Notes: generated from the letters alone by a model not told the origin. DNA of 47,532 nt from Candidatus Nanohalalkaliarchaeum halalkaliphilum (GCA_022729315.1 JALDAF010000002.1:1-47532); one strand, 5' to 3'; counted from the first letter of the stretch, positions 9,399 to 19,056 are shown. Translations and numbers: made by a program.

Positions 9399-10127
9399 TC
9401 ACTCGTAGAGAGACTCAAACACCCACTGGAACTTGTGTGGGCGGTTGAGGAATCCAAGACGGTTCGGTGTCTCGATCAGTTTGTACATGGGTTCGTCCTG
9501 GGTGATACGGAGGTCTGGTACGTCCTCCGGTGTGGCGAACCGGATGGCCGGGACGGAGTCGTAGCTGTTGTTCCTGATGAATTCGCCGGCGATGGTCTCG
9601 TAGTATGCGCCGCCACCCTTCTCCACCATGTCCTCATACCGTGATTCGAACTGTGTGGACACCCAGTTCGCCATGGTGAGCGGGTTGTCCCCGGCGTTGA
9701 TTGTGATATGTCCGTATCCTGGAGGGATGATGACCGTGTCACCGGCTTCTGCCTTGACCACGATCACGTCTTCAACCGTTTCACCGCCTGTTTTCTGAAG
9801 CATGAAGTGTGCCCTGCCATCCATAACCTCGTACATCTCCGGGTATGGCACGCCCTGCCGCGCTTCGGGATGGTAGTGGCCTTTCGTCTTGATGCGTTCC
9901 CGGCCGAGCGGCGAATCGTTCATCACGGTTATGTCGAACCGGAGGTTGTGGTCACGGATCGTGTCCAGATGCTGGTCGTGGTACAGGTCGCGGTACATGT
10001 AGTACAGTGGACGGTTCTGTGCGCTATGTGCGTAGTCCGTGTCCAGCAGCAGGCCGCGCATATCGTCCAGTTCACGGACGTCCGGTTCACGTTCCACGTC
10101 TCCAAACTTCAGTGTCCGGCCAAGCAT
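9399..10127 (-). CDS. pgiA: Cupin-type glucose-6-phosphate isomerase (cPGI)
   Basis: Both published cPGI signatures are present: G-x-E-x3-T-x-G-H-x-H...E-x-Y (GRERIKTKGHYHPEARQGVPYPEMY) and PP-x3-H-x3-N (PPGYGHITIN). Confidence 0.85.
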   Translation of the reverse strand: MLGRTLKFGDVEREPDVRELDDMRGLLLDTDYAHSAQNRPLYYMYRDLYHDQHLDTIRDHNLRFDITVMNDSPLGRERIKTKGHYHPEARQGVPYPEMYEVMDGRAHFMLQKTGGETVEDVIVVKAEAGDTVIIPPGYGHITINAGDNPLTMANWVSTQFESRYEDMVEKGGGAYYETIAGEFIRNNSYDSVPAIRFATPEDVPDLRITQDEPMYKLIETPNRLGFLNRPHKFQWVFESLYE

Positions 10128-10262
10128 GGATACGACAGTGGAGTACGAAACATAAAAGACTATTGTATCAGCACACCCCGTTCATACTCTTCGCACGGTT
10201 TTCACCGTCCAGAACGGTGTTACCGGAGAAAAATAAAGGGGAAAATGTGGCGGGAGAATACC

Positions 10263-10712
10263 TCAGTGCTGTGGAAGCTGGTCTTCGATCCAGTCCTTGA
10301 GTGTGACCCGGTCCTTGTTGTTCTTCTCAGCGACCAGCACTTCCTCCAGGTCCAGGTCGTTCTCCATAACCTCGTGCTTGACCTCCGGGATCGTGCCCTT
10401 CACGACTTCATCGTAATCCACGGCGTCATCGTCTTCCGAACCATCATCTCCTGCGGTGTCCGGTGTATCGTCGTCTTCCGATCCAACCGGCTCCTCTTCC
10501 AGGCGTTCACTGTCATCGTTCTCTGCCTGTTCGTCTTCTACTTTTTCGCCTTTCTGGTGTCCGCAGTGTGGGCACTCATCAGCATAGATGTTGACGCGTG
10601 CACCGCATGATGGACAGGGAATCTGATCCCGTCTCTTACTCCAGAGATAGAGAAGGTAGATAAGGGCTGCCCCGACAAGGACGATAGCAACGATCCGTAT
10701 ATCCTGTACCAT
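10263..10712 (-). CDS. Membrane-anchored zinc-ribbon protein with a long poly-acidic region
   Basis: N-terminal TM helix (IVAIVLVGAALIYLLYLW), CPSCG-x10-CPHCG zinc ribbon, then a D/E-rich region and a conserved-looking C-terminal alpha segment. ATG at 10712; the alternative GTG is at 10724. Confidence 0.6.
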   Translation of the reverse strand: MVQDIRIVAIVLVGAALIYLLYLWSKRRDQIPCPSCGARVNIYADECPHCGHQKGEKVEDEQAENDDSERLEEEPVGSEDDDTPDTAGDDGSEDDDAVDYDEVVKGTIPEVKHEVMENDLDLEEVLVAEKNNKDRVTLKDWIEDQLPQH

Positions 10713-10794
10713 GTATCTCGACACCTACACCTTTATAGAAGTGACTACAGTATAAAAATGTGTCGCCAGAACGGCGGCACGGAGGGCATGATCT

Positions 10795-11457
10795 ATGAAC
10801 GCATTACCGATTCTGATCGTGAACCTGAAGACGTACCAGAACGGCTCCGGTGAAAGCGCACTGGATCTGGCATATACCTGTGAGAAAGTGGCGAAACAGG
10901 AGGACGTAAACATCGCAGTAGCAGTGCAGAACGCGGACCTGTTCCGCATATCTGAGAAGACGGATCTTCCGGTGTTCGCACAGCACATGGACCCCGCCGA
11001 ACAGGGCGCCAACACCGGGAAAGATGTTGCCGAAACGCTTGCAGAGAACGGGGCGGATGGCGTCCTTATCAACCATTCAGAGGACCAGGTGTCGCTGGAG
11101 ACGATCGAAGCCGTGGTGAAGCGTGCAAAAAAGAACCAGTTGCAGACCGTGGTCTGTATCGATGTACCGGACATGGCGGAGGAAGTGACCTCCTTCAAGC
11201 CCGACTTCATCGCCTACGAACCCACAGAACTGATCGGCGGTAACGTATCCGTTTCAACGGCGGAGCCTGAACTTGTCGAGTCGGCTGTGGAGAACACGTC
11301 ACGGACCGTTCTCTGCGGTGCCGGTATCAAGACCCAGGAAGACGTTGAGACCGCACTGGAACTGGGAACAGATGGAGTGCTGGTGGCGTCAGGAATCGTG
11401 AAGGCAAAGCATCCTGAGGAGGCACTCCGGGATCTTGTTGCAGGGATGAAAGGATGA
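10795..11457 (+). CDS. tpiA: Triosephosphate isomerase (archaeal short type)
   Basis: 220 aa. ILIVNLKTY, INHSE, AYEPTELIG and CGAGI motifs match archaeal TIM. Confidence 0.9.
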   Translation: MNALPILIVNLKTYQNGSGESALDLAYTCEKVAKQEDVNIAVAVQNADLFRISEKTDLPVFAQHMDPAEQGANTGKDVAETLAENGADGVLINHSEDQVSLETIEAVVKRAKKNQLQTVVCIDVPDMAEEVTSFKPDFIAYEPTELIGGNVSVSTAEPELVESAVENTSRTVLCGAGIKTQEDVETALELGTDGVLVASGIVKAKHPEEALRDLVAGMKG

Positions 11458-11948
11458 CGACAGCACTATTTATCGGCCGATTCCAGCCGTTTCACAGGGG
11501 CCACTATAATGCCGTGCAGACCGCGCTTGACACGTACGACGAGCTTATTCTCGGGATCGGCAGTGCCGAAACGCACCACGAACCGGACAACCCGTTGACC
11601 TTCGGGGAGCGGAAACGCATCGTCCAGAACTGTTTCCCCGGCATGCGGATCGAGGGATTCCAGGACCGCGATAGTAACGAGGAGTGGACAGATACTGTCG
11701 AGGAACGTGTTGAGTTCGATGTGATCATCTCCGGAAACCCGCTCGTCCGGAAGCTTCTCGGAAACTGCGGGTATGCTGTCGAAGATCCAGACTATCTCCA
11801 GCCGGACCGGTACTCCGGGACCGCGATCCGGCAACGGATCGTGAACGGCGAAGACTGGCAGTCCTGCGTCCCGGACTGCTCACTGGAACTGCTTGAAGAA
11901 TACGGGTTCGAGGGACGGCTGCGGGATATTGCAGCAGAGGAATCGTAG
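11454..11948 (+). CDS. nadM: Nicotinamide-nucleotide adenylyltransferase (archaeal NMNAT)
   Basis: GRFQPFHRGH nucleotidyltransferase motif, ISGN...RYSGTAIR. The ATGA overlaps the tpiA stop. Confidence 0.85.
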   Translation: MTTALFIGRFQPFHRGHYNAVQTALDTYDELILGIGSAETHHEPDNPLTFGERKRIVQNCFPGMRIEGFQDRDSNEEWTDTVEERVEFDVIISGNPLVRKLLGNCGYAVEDPDYLQPDRYSGTAIRQRIVNGEDWQSCVPDCSLELLEEYGFEGRLRDIAAEES

Positions 11949-11966
11949 AAACCGTTCATGCCACTT

Positions 11967-12215
11967 TTATGTAATAAGATTGTATTCCCGATCAGTTGTG
12001 GAAACAAGGTTCTCCACAACCAGATCTCCCATGATTGCCCTGCTCTTAAAGAACTCCTCTTCCTCCTCGTCGTATCCAAGACGATCCACAATCTCATCTG
12101 TGGACAACGCATCTTCTGCATGATACAGTGTGCAGAGTACATCATGTTTGTACTGCGCAACCTCTTCAGGCTGGTTTTCAAAATACTTCGCCCACGGGGC
12201 CTCGAACTCGGTCAT
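11967..12215 (-). CDS. Small acidic protein, possibly winged-helix-like
   Basis: 82-codon ATG ORF. The segment LSTDEIVDRLGYDEEEEEFFKSRAIMGDLV resembles a wHTH recognition region. This is a weak call. Confidence 0.4.
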   Translation of the reverse strand: MTEFEAPWAKYFENQPEEVAQYKHDVLCTLYHAEDALSTDEIVDRLGYDEEEEEFFKSRAIMGDLVVENLVSTTDREYNLIT

Positions 12216-12279
12216 AACATGCTACATCGTACCAATCATTAAATATGTTACAGCGTCTGATACGGGATTTTACACGAAA

Positions 12280-13167
12280 TTAGAATTCAGGATGCGGCGG
12301 TAGCTCCTGCTTGAACCGGTTCTTCTCCACGCGTTCACGGACCTGTTTGACGTCTTCCGCGGAGACGGCTGACACGGCGTCTGCGATCGAATCATCCGGT
12401 AGCTGTAGCTGGACTCCGGTCAGCACCCGGTCCAGCACCTCGTACGGGAACGTTAGTTCGTCTGCATCCGTCTGACCCTTCCACAGGTCCGCGGTCGGCG
12501 TTTTCTCGATGATATCCGCCGGGACGTTCAGGTATTCCGCCAGATCCTTCTCCGTGGTCTTGTACAGGTTGTACAGCGCCTCGTTGTCGACGCCACCCAG
12601 TCCGTCCGCCGCCATCGTCATGTAGCCCAGGTCACGTTCCGACGCGTTCGTGGTGCCGGCCACCAGTGCACTCCGCGCCTTTGCACTGTCACGCAGCACG
12701 ATCATCCGGCACCGGGCCAGCACGTTCCCCTGTTTCACGCGCTGCGTCCGCTCATCATCCACGGGCTCACCCAGTTCCGTCAGGTCGTCCACGATACCAT
12801 CGACCCGGTCACGGAACAGGGCCTGGTCGTTCGTCGTGATATCCAGGTCGTTCGCGACACGGACCGCATGGTTGATGTCCGCTTCCCGCGTATGGTTTGC
12901 CGGCATGATGACACCGTGCACGCGTTCCGGTCCGACCGCTTTCACCAGGAGGTGGGCGACCGTGGCAGAGTCGATACCGCCGCTGAGCCCGACCACATAG
13001 CCGTTCATCCCGGATTCCTCCAGATGCTGCCGGTAAAAGTTTATGATCACGTCCGTGATACGTCGGGCTTCGTCCGGCGTGATCGTCAGCAGGGCGTGCG
13101 GATTATCGCGGTACGTCTGCAGGAACCCTTCCCGGTTGTCCGGCGTGTAGGCGTGGATCGATGGCAT
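12280..13167 (-). CDS. nadE: NH3-dependent NAD+ synthetase
   Basis: PP-loop LSGGIDSATVAHL and overall NadE-like layout. Confidence 0.9.
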   Translation of the reverse strand: MPSIHAYTPDNREGFLQTYRDNPHALLTITPDEARRITDVIINFYRQHLEESGMNGYVVGLSGGIDSATVAHLLVKAVGPERVHGVIMPANHTREADINHAVRVANDLDITTNDQALFRDRVDGIVDDLTELGEPVDDERTQRVKQGNVLARCRMIVLRDSAKARSALVAGTTNASERDLGYMTMAADGLGGVDNEALYNLYKTTEKDLAEYLNVPADIIEKTPTADLWKGQTDADELTFPYEVLDRVLTGVQLQLPDDSIADAVSAVSAEDVKQVRERVEKNRFKQELPPHPEF

Positions 13168-13188
13168 TGGCGGTCACCGCATGTGCAG

Positions 13189-13914
13189 TTATTCCTCAAC
13201 AAGTTCGAATTCGAGGCGTTCCACGTCCGCACCTTTCGATACACGGTCAACGATATTGACCTTCCCGATCTCTCTGAGGCGGTTGACGTGGGTGCCGCCA
13301 CAGGGGCAGATATCGATATCCGCGATCTTGACGATACGGAGCGGATCCACCGTGTCCGGGATCAGGTCCAGGTTGGTGCGGCCGTCCGCGACCCTGTTCT
13401 CAACCTCTTCCCGTGCCATGTTCTGCTTTTCCACGGCCAGGTCCTGACCGATGATCTCGTTCGCTTTCTGTTCGATCCATTCCACATCATCCTCCGAGAA
13501 CGCAGCCGGTTCGAAGTCGATGCGGGACCGGTCCGCGTGAATCTGGTTGCCGGCCGTGGTAGCATCGTACTCGTCCAGCACGACCTTTGAGATCACGTGC
13601 TGTGCAGTATGCATCCGCCGGTACTTGGCGCGGAGCTCCTCATCGATCGTGCCGTGGATCGTGTCTCCTTCTGCCGGGAGTTCGCCGTCAAGGTTATCGA
13701 TATAGTGGCGGACCGCTCCACCATCCTTCTGAACGTCCGTCACGTCTGCTGAGCCATCGGGCCATTCCAGTCGTCCCCGGTCCGCTGGCTGACCTCCGCC
13801 TTCCGGGTAGAAGTAGGTACCATCCAGCACGATGTAGTCGTCGTGGGCTGCAACCACGGTTGTTGTGAACTCGGTCTCGTAATCGTCATCCGGGAGATAC
13901 AGTAACTCTGTCAT
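13189..13914 (-). CDS. alaX: Alanyl-tRNA editing protein AlaX
   Basis: Zinc-binding editing motifs HTAQHV and CPCGGTHV; 241 aa (AlaX-M size). Confidence 0.85.
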   Translation of the reverse strand: MTELLYLPDDDYETEFTTTVVAAHDDYIVLDGTYFYPEGGGQPADRGRLEWPDGSADVTDVQKDGGAVRHYIDNLDGELPAEGDTIHGTIDEELRAKYRRMHTAQHVISKVVLDEYDATTAGNQIHADRSRIDFEPAAFSEDDVEWIEQKANEIIGQDLAVEKQNMAREEVENRVADGRTNLDLIPDTVDPLRIVKIADIDICPCGGTHVNRLREIGKVNIVDRVSKGADVERLEFELVEE

Positions 13915-13971
13915 GTGCCTTTGGTTTCGAAGACAGTGTTAAAAAACGTGTCGGTCTTCCTTATTTTCCGT

Positions 13972-14754
13972 CTACCGGGTGATGTCGCAGGACGCTGTAT
14001 GCTTCCCCACACAGCGCTTTGGCGTGTTTCCGCGGCTCCCCTGCAACCCTTCTGCCTCCTGCAGGTCATCCGCAGACAGGAACTGCGTGGCGTCGACCAT
14101 CTCCGGGTCATACCGCTCTTCCAGCACCGTGAACAGGTCGAACGCCACCACGGCCAGGTCGTCCGCGAACGCGTCCGGATCCACACCGTCCTCTTCAAGC
14201 ATCTTCCGGAACGTGTCGCTGGCAGGATACGTCCCATCAAGCGGGTCCTCTTCGTACCAGCACATCCTCCCTGTTGTCACGTCGCGTGTATTGCGGAGTG
14301 ATAACCCGGCCACCTGTGTCGCGTAGTCACCGTCGGCAGGGTTGTCCCGAATATAGATATCGGCTTCACGTGGATCATACCGCAGGTTGTCCTCCGGATA
14401 GCTGTCCGACAGCAGATCCATGCCATGCCCCGCCCAGTCCCGCTGCAGTTCGGCGTGGTTTCGACTGAACGTACCGCTGGACCGAGGCATGGACCGCATA
14501 TAGCATTTCGTGGCATCCGGTGCGTGGTACCACGTGTAACCGCCGTCCGGCCGTACCGCGGCTCCTTCCTCGCTCCGTCCACGGATAGGGAACGGATCCT
14601 CCTGGTGGTCCATGAGTACTACCACGTTCTCATCGACGTCTGCGGCTCGTTTCTCGGCTGCGTATACAGTCGCCGCGATCTGTTCCGGTGCGCCGTACGT
14701 GGCCCCGTTCAGTTCGATCTCGTTTTCGATGTTAAGCAGGTATGCGTCCGTCAT
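13972..14754 (-). CDS. Hypothetical acidic protein, 260 aa
   Basis: The ATG at 14754 lies 8 nt downstream of the lplA-like stop, on the same strand. The ORF is open to 14847 but would then overlap lplA. No motif recognised. Confidence 0.5.
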   Translation of the reverse strand: MTDAYLLNIENEIELNGATYGAPEQIAATVYAAEKRAADVDENVVVLMDHQEDPFPIRGRSEEGAAVRPDGGYTWYHAPDATKCYMRSMPRSSGTFSRNHAELQRDWAGHGMDLLSDSYPEDNLRYDPREADIYIRDNPADGDYATQVAGLSLRNTRDVTTGRMCWYEEDPLDGTYPASDTFRKMLEEDGVDPDAFADDLAVVAFDLFTVLEERYDPEMVDATQFLSADDLQEAEGLQGSRGNTPKRCVGKHTASCDITR

Positions 14755-14762
14755 CGGTATCC

Positions 14763-15518
14763 CTACGTGCTGTTCCGGTACAGCCAGGCGTCGCTCCGGT
14801 ATTTTTTTGCCATCCGCTGTGCGTTCGTCCATTCCAGATCCAGCCATCCCTCGGTTTCATACGGTTTCCCCTCGAGGAACGCCTGTTTCAACGCCTCCCG
14901 GGTCTCGTCGAACGATGCGTCTGACTCCTGTGTCACCGCGGAGACACGGTCCTGGAACTGTTCAATCCGTTTATCCGCTTTTTTGTCTTCTCCCGGAGTC
15001 AGGAACGTGAACATCTCTTCCGGATCCACCTCGTACAGAAGTGTGCCGCCGACGTATACCACGCCGTGCGCGGTCCGGGCTGTGGCGCCGGATATCTTAC
15101 CATTTTCAGTGACCACGTCGTTTATCGGCTCGTACCGGGCGTCGATCCCGATCCGTTCGACCGCGTCCGCCACGAGGGTACAGGTCTGCTCGTAGATCGC
15201 GTTCAGATCATCCGGGAACAGTTCTTCCGGTCCAATGATCCCCCACGTGATCTCTCCGTCCCGGGTCAGGTAGGTGGTGCCGCCAGCGCCCTGCCGCCGT
15301 ACGATCGGTATGCCTTCATCGTCCGCCGCTGAAACGTCCACCTCGTCCGCCACCGTCTGCGTGTAGCCGACGTTGATACAGTTCCGGTCCCAGCCTGCCA
15401 GCCAGACTATTGGCTGCCCCGTACCCTGTACGCTGCTGATCGCAACATCATTGAACGCGGTCTTCACGTACGGATCATAGCGCTGGAACGGGATGAACCG
15501 CCACGTCTCCTCATCCAT
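14763..15518 (-). CDS. lplA: Lipoate-protein ligase A family protein
   Basis: RRQGAGGTTY (RRxxGGGxV-like) and GKISGATAR lysine motif. ATG at 15518 has ACTTATAGTTTTG about 25 nt upstream. The TTG at 15533 is less likely. Confidence 0.75.
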   Translation of the reverse strand: MDEETWRFIPFQRYDPYVKTAFNDVAISSVQGTGQPIVWLAGWDRNCINVGYTQTVADEVDVSAADDEGIPIVRRQGAGGTTYLTRDGEITWGIIGPEELFPDDLNAIYEQTCTLVADAVERIGIDARYEPINDVVTENGKISGATARTAHGVVYVGGTLLYEVDPEEMFTFLTPGEDKKADKRIEQFQDRVSAVTQESDASFDETREALKQAFLEGKPYETEGWLDLEWTNAQRMAKKYRSDAWLYRNST

Positions 15519-15566
15519 ACCCTCCACTGCCAATCAAAACTATAAGTTGGTATTCCCGGAAGGGTG

Positions 15567-16316
15567 TTACACCTGTCGAACGAACCGGCCCAGTTCTGTC
15601 GCGATCCGTCCAGGGGCATCATACAACACCATGTGGGAGGCATCAACCCATACCGGGTCACAGCCCAGCAGGCCGGCAGCCTCACGGATCGATTCCGCAG
15701 GGATTACCTCATCCTTCTCCCCGCCTATCACCTGCACCGGTACCGTCAGATCTGTGAGGGCGTCCCGGACATCGTACCGTTTTACTGCCTGCAGCGAATC
15801 CCGTAACAGGCCGGTTCCTGCATCCCTGATACGTCTCTCCATGAACGTGCGGACCGGATCGTTCCGTCCCTCCGGAACATAGTTCTCCACCATCTCCTCC
15901 GCCCAAGTTTCCCGGTCCATCGTCTCCAGTCCCTCCAGAACGTCGTCCAGTGACCTGGCTCGGAGCTCCGGCGTCCGGGCACCGGCACATAACACGCTGA
16001 CACCGGCCAGTTCATCGTACAGCGCGGCATAGGTGAGTGCGACCATGCCGCCCAGGGAGTGACCAACGATCACCGGGTCCTCCAGTCCACAGTCCATCAC
16101 CAGCCGATACAGATCACCTGCCAGTTCCTGTAACGAGTCGAACCGGGTGCAGAATGAGTCGCCGTGGCACCGCTGATCGTAGTACAGCTTCGGGTTCGGC
16201 ACGTCTAGGTGCGTGTCCACCCGGGTCCAGGCGTTCCGGTCACCGAGCCATCCGTGGACAAAAACTATCGGGACACCATCTCCCGTCACGATATCGTACG
16301 CGATCCGCTGTTCCAT
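15567..16316 (-). CDS. Alpha/beta-fold hydrolase
   Basis: Nucleophile elbow VGHSLGG, HG oxyanion motif (FVHGW), and a C-terminal His (ASHMV). Confidence 0.8.
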   Translation of the reverse strand: MEQRIAYDIVTGDGVPIVFVHGWLGDRNAWTRVDTHLDVPNPKLYYDQRCHGDSFCTRFDSLQELAGDLYRLVMDCGLEDPVIVGHSLGGMVALTYAALYDELAGVSVLCAGARTPELRARSLDDVLEGLETMDRETWAEEMVENYVPEGRNDPVRTFMERRIRDAGTGLLRDSLQAVKRYDVRDALTDLTVPVQVIGGEKDEVIPAESIREAAGLLGCDPVWVDASHMVLYDAPGRIATELGRFVRQV

Positions 16317-16393
16317 ACATCGGTACAGGTCGGCCCAGATTAAAGAATATAGTGCCGAATATACTGTGCCCTATCCATCCTCCGGATACGCGA

Positions 16394-17164
16394 TTACCAG
16401 TGTCGAACCAGCCAGTCCCACAGCCGTGTCGGGAGCACCGTCTTCAGTTTGGGAGCGATCCATGCTATCCGTGTCACGGTGTACCTGGCACGTGGCCTGT
16501 CCGTTTCGACGGCGTACACGATCCTGTCCGCTGCCACGCGTGTCGGTGCACCTCGGTGCTCCGGTTCCAGCAGCTCCCGGTACCGGTCCGCGTAGATCGA
16601 GTCCGGCAGGTAGCGTTTCACCATCTGCCGGCCACGCTCGTTGAACCCGGTATGGATCGGTCCCGGCTCGATCACCACAACATCCACATCGAACTCGCAC
16701 ACCTCCATCCGCAGCGCGTCACTGAGACCTTCCACCGCGTGCTTGCTGGCCGCATACGCCCCGAAGAATGGTCCTGACACCTTTCCCGCGACCGAGGAGA
16801 TATTGATGATGCGACCCTGTTTCTCACGGAGCATCGGGAGCGCGGCCCGGGTCACGTTCAGCAACCCGAACACGTTTGAGCGGAAATGCTCTTCCACCAC
16901 ATCCAGAGACTGGTCCTCGATGGCGCCACGTTCCTGCACACCAGCACAGTTCACCAGCACGGAAAACTCCTCCTCCGCCAGGACCTCATTCACCCGATCC
17001 TCGTCGTACACGTCCCCGTGATATATGGTGATGGCGGACGGAAGGTCCTGCAGCGCAGTCTTATCCCGGTCGTACACGATGACCTTGTATCCCTTCTCCA
17101 CCAGCTGCTCCGCCGTGGCCTTCCCGATGCCGTTCGCTCCACCCGTGATAAAGACTCCGTTCAT
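16394..17164 (-). CDS. Short-chain dehydrogenase/reductase (SDR)
   Basis: TGGANGIG cofactor motif, NCAG, and catalytic YAASK. Confidence 0.85.
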   Translation of the reverse strand: MNGVFITGGANGIGKATAEQLVEKGYKVIVYDRDKTALQDLPSAITIYHGDVYDEDRVNEVLAEEEFSVLVNCAGVQERGAIEDQSLDVVEEHFRSNVFGLLNVTRAALPMLREKQGRIINISSVAGKVSGPFFGAYAASKHAVEGLSDALRMEVCEFDVDVVVIEPGPIHTGFNERGRQMVKRYLPDSIYADRYRELLEPEHRGAPTRVAADRIVYAVETDRPRARYTVTRIAWIAPKLKTVLPTRLWDWLVRHW

Positions 17165-17997
17165 CGGTCATCCCCCGGCGTGATCGCATCCGAGACGCAG
17201 CGCAGCAGCTCCTCAAGCAAAAATCCGCGGCCGTACCGGTCCACTGCTGCATCGCCCGCAGCACCGTTCACCTGTGCTGCAGTGAATGCCCCCTGGAACG
17301 GCGAGCTACCCTGCGCGATGAGTGCTGCAGCGATACCGGCCAGCACATCTCCGGTGCCGCCCTTCGCCATGTACGGGTTTCCGGCTGGACTGGTCTCGGT
17401 CCGGTCACCGTTTGAAACGATATCCGTCGGGCCTTTCAGCAGGATGGTGCATCCCATCTGGTCCGCATACCGGGACACCAGCGTCTCCCGCTCATCCGGA
17501 TCTGAGGGAAGTTCCTCGCCCGTACATTCTGTAAACTCTGTATCGTGCGGTGTCAGCACCGTGTTTTCGTTGAGCGTATCGTCGTCCACTGCCTGCAGGG
17601 CGTCCGCATCCACCACGACGGGGCCTTCCGCGCGGCCGAGAACCTCACTGACCAGGTTCAGCGTGGTGTAATGGGTGCCGAGACCGGGGCCGATCACGGT
17701 GCAGTCAGCTGTCTCCATGAGCGAGACGATGCTATCGGTATGATGTTCTTCGAGGCGTTCACCGTCCAGCGCGACCGGGATCAGATCCATCGCGAACGAT
17801 GCGCTGTTCCAGGCACTTTCCTCTGGCGCAGCGACCCGGGCGAGGTCGCAGCCCGCGCGGAGTGCTGCGATGCCAACGATGGCAGGCGTGTTCAGGTACT
17901 GTTCGGATCCAGCGACGACCAGCACCTCTCCACTGTCTCCTTTTCTATCGTTCTGGTCGCGGTCATGCAGATCCTGGGAATATGGCATCTGTTCCAT
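17161..17997 (-). CDS. nnrD: ADP/ATP-dependent NAD(P)H-hydrate dehydratase (YjeF C-terminal type)
   Basis: GGTGDVLAGIAAAL motif and carbohydrate-kinase-like fold. Its stop overlaps the SDR start (ATGA). Confidence 0.8.
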   Translation of the reverse strand: MEQMPYSQDLHDRDQNDRKGDSGEVLVVAGSEQYLNTPAIVGIAALRAGCDLARVAAPEESAWNSASFAMDLIPVALDGERLEEHHTDSIVSLMETADCTVIGPGLGTHYTTLNLVSEVLGRAEGPVVVDADALQAVDDDTLNENTVLTPHDTEFTECTGEELPSDPDERETLVSRYADQMGCTILLKGPTDIVSNGDRTETSPAGNPYMAKGGTGDVLAGIAAALIAQGSSPFQGAFTAAQVNGAAGDAAVDRYGRGFLLEELLRCVSDAITPGDDR

Positions 17998-18023
17998 ACC
18001 CGTGTTTTGGTGGCAGAGATAAT

Positions 18024-18035
18024 AAAGTTTAAATA
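18024..18035 (+). promoter_or_regulatory. TATA-like box (AAAGTTTAAATA) upstream of gap-pgk
   Basis: An AT-rich box centred about 30 nt upstream of the ATG at 18061. Confidence 0.4.
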
Positions 18036-18060
18036 CGACGGAGTATTACGTTGTATTACG

Positions 18061-19050
18061 ATGAGGGTGGCGATCAACGGGTTCGGCCGTATCGGACGGT
18101 GCATGTTCCGGGCTGCGGCGGACAGAGACGATATCGATATCGTGGCGATAAACGATCTGGCAGATCCTGACGACCTACACTATCTCCTGAAGTACGACTC
18201 CGTGCACGGCTCCTATGACAGAGGATCACTGGAGGACGGCGCACTGGTGTTCGACGACACCAGTATCCCGCTGTACCAGGAGCAGGACCCGTCGCAGCTG
18301 CCGTGGGATGCGCACGGTGTGGACGTGGCGCTGGAAAGCACCGGCGTGTTCCGTAAACGGAGCGGTGCGGCACAGCACCTTGACGCCGGAGCGGAACACG
18401 TGTTGATCTCCGCCCCGGCAACGAGCGATGATGTCCCGCAGATCGTGTACGGCGTCAACCATGAAACGTACAGCGGGGAACGGGTCGTGTCCAACGCATC
18501 CTGCACCACGAACTGTCTGGCCCCGATGGCCAAGGTGCTGCACGACCGGTTCGGTATCAACACAGGACTGCTGACCACGGTCCACGCCTACACGGGCTCC
18601 CAGAAGCTGATCGATGGACCGTTGGGGAAGCGGCGGCGCGGCCGGTCCGCGGCTGAAAACATCGTTCCGACCACGACAGGGGCGGCGAACGCGGTGACCT
18701 CTGTCATCCCTGAACTGGACGGCAGGCTGGATGGGATGGCGATGCGGGTGCCGACGCCGAACGGGAGCGTGGCCGATCTGGTGGTTGACCTGGCACAGGA
18801 CGTGAGTGTATCCGATGTGAACAGTGCGTTCAAGGATGCGGCGACCAACGAGATGGATGGCGTACTCCGGTATGCAGAGGATGCGCTGGTGTCCCGCGAC
18901 ATCATCGGCGACCCGCACTCCTGTATCATTGACGGGCCGTCAACGATGCAGGTGGAAAACGGCTTGGTCAAGGCGCTCGGATGGTATGACAACGAGTACG
19001 GGTTCGCATGCCGTATGCTTGACACGGCACGGTACGTGCACAGAAACTGA
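18061..19050 (+). CDS. gap: Glyceraldehyde-3-phosphate dehydrogenase, class I (bacterial/eukaryal type)
   Basis: MRVAINGFGRIGR start and active site SNASCTTNCLAP. The tracked ORF is open from 17545, but that part overlaps nnrD antisense. Confidence 0.9.
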   Translation: MRVAINGFGRIGRCMFRAAADRDDIDIVAINDLADPDDLHYLLKYDSVHGSYDRGSLEDGALVFDDTSIPLYQEQDPSQLPWDAHGVDVALESTGVFRKRSGAAQHLDAGAEHVLISAPATSDDVPQIVYGVNHETYSGERVVSNASCTTNCLAPMAKVLHDRFGINTGLLTTVHAYTGSQKLIDGPLGKRRRGRSAAENIVPTTTGAANAVTSVIPELDGRLDGMAMRVPTPNGSVADLVVDLAQDVSVSDVNSAFKDAATNEMDGVLRYAEDALVSRDIIGDPHSCIIDGPSTMQVENGLVKALGWYDNEYGFACRMLDTARYVHRN

Positions 19051-19056
19051 TCCACC

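Noticed and set aside
9708-10610. 300-aa plus-strand ORF spanning the PGI gene, an intergenic region and the zinc-ribbon gene
   Set aside because: It is antisense to two supported genes and crosses a promoter-like AT-rich gap, with non-acidic composition.
17545-18060. N-terminal 172-codon extension of the GAPDH ORF
   Set aside because: It overlaps the nnrD gene antisense. The canonical MRVAINGFGRIGR start at 18061 has its own TATA-like box.
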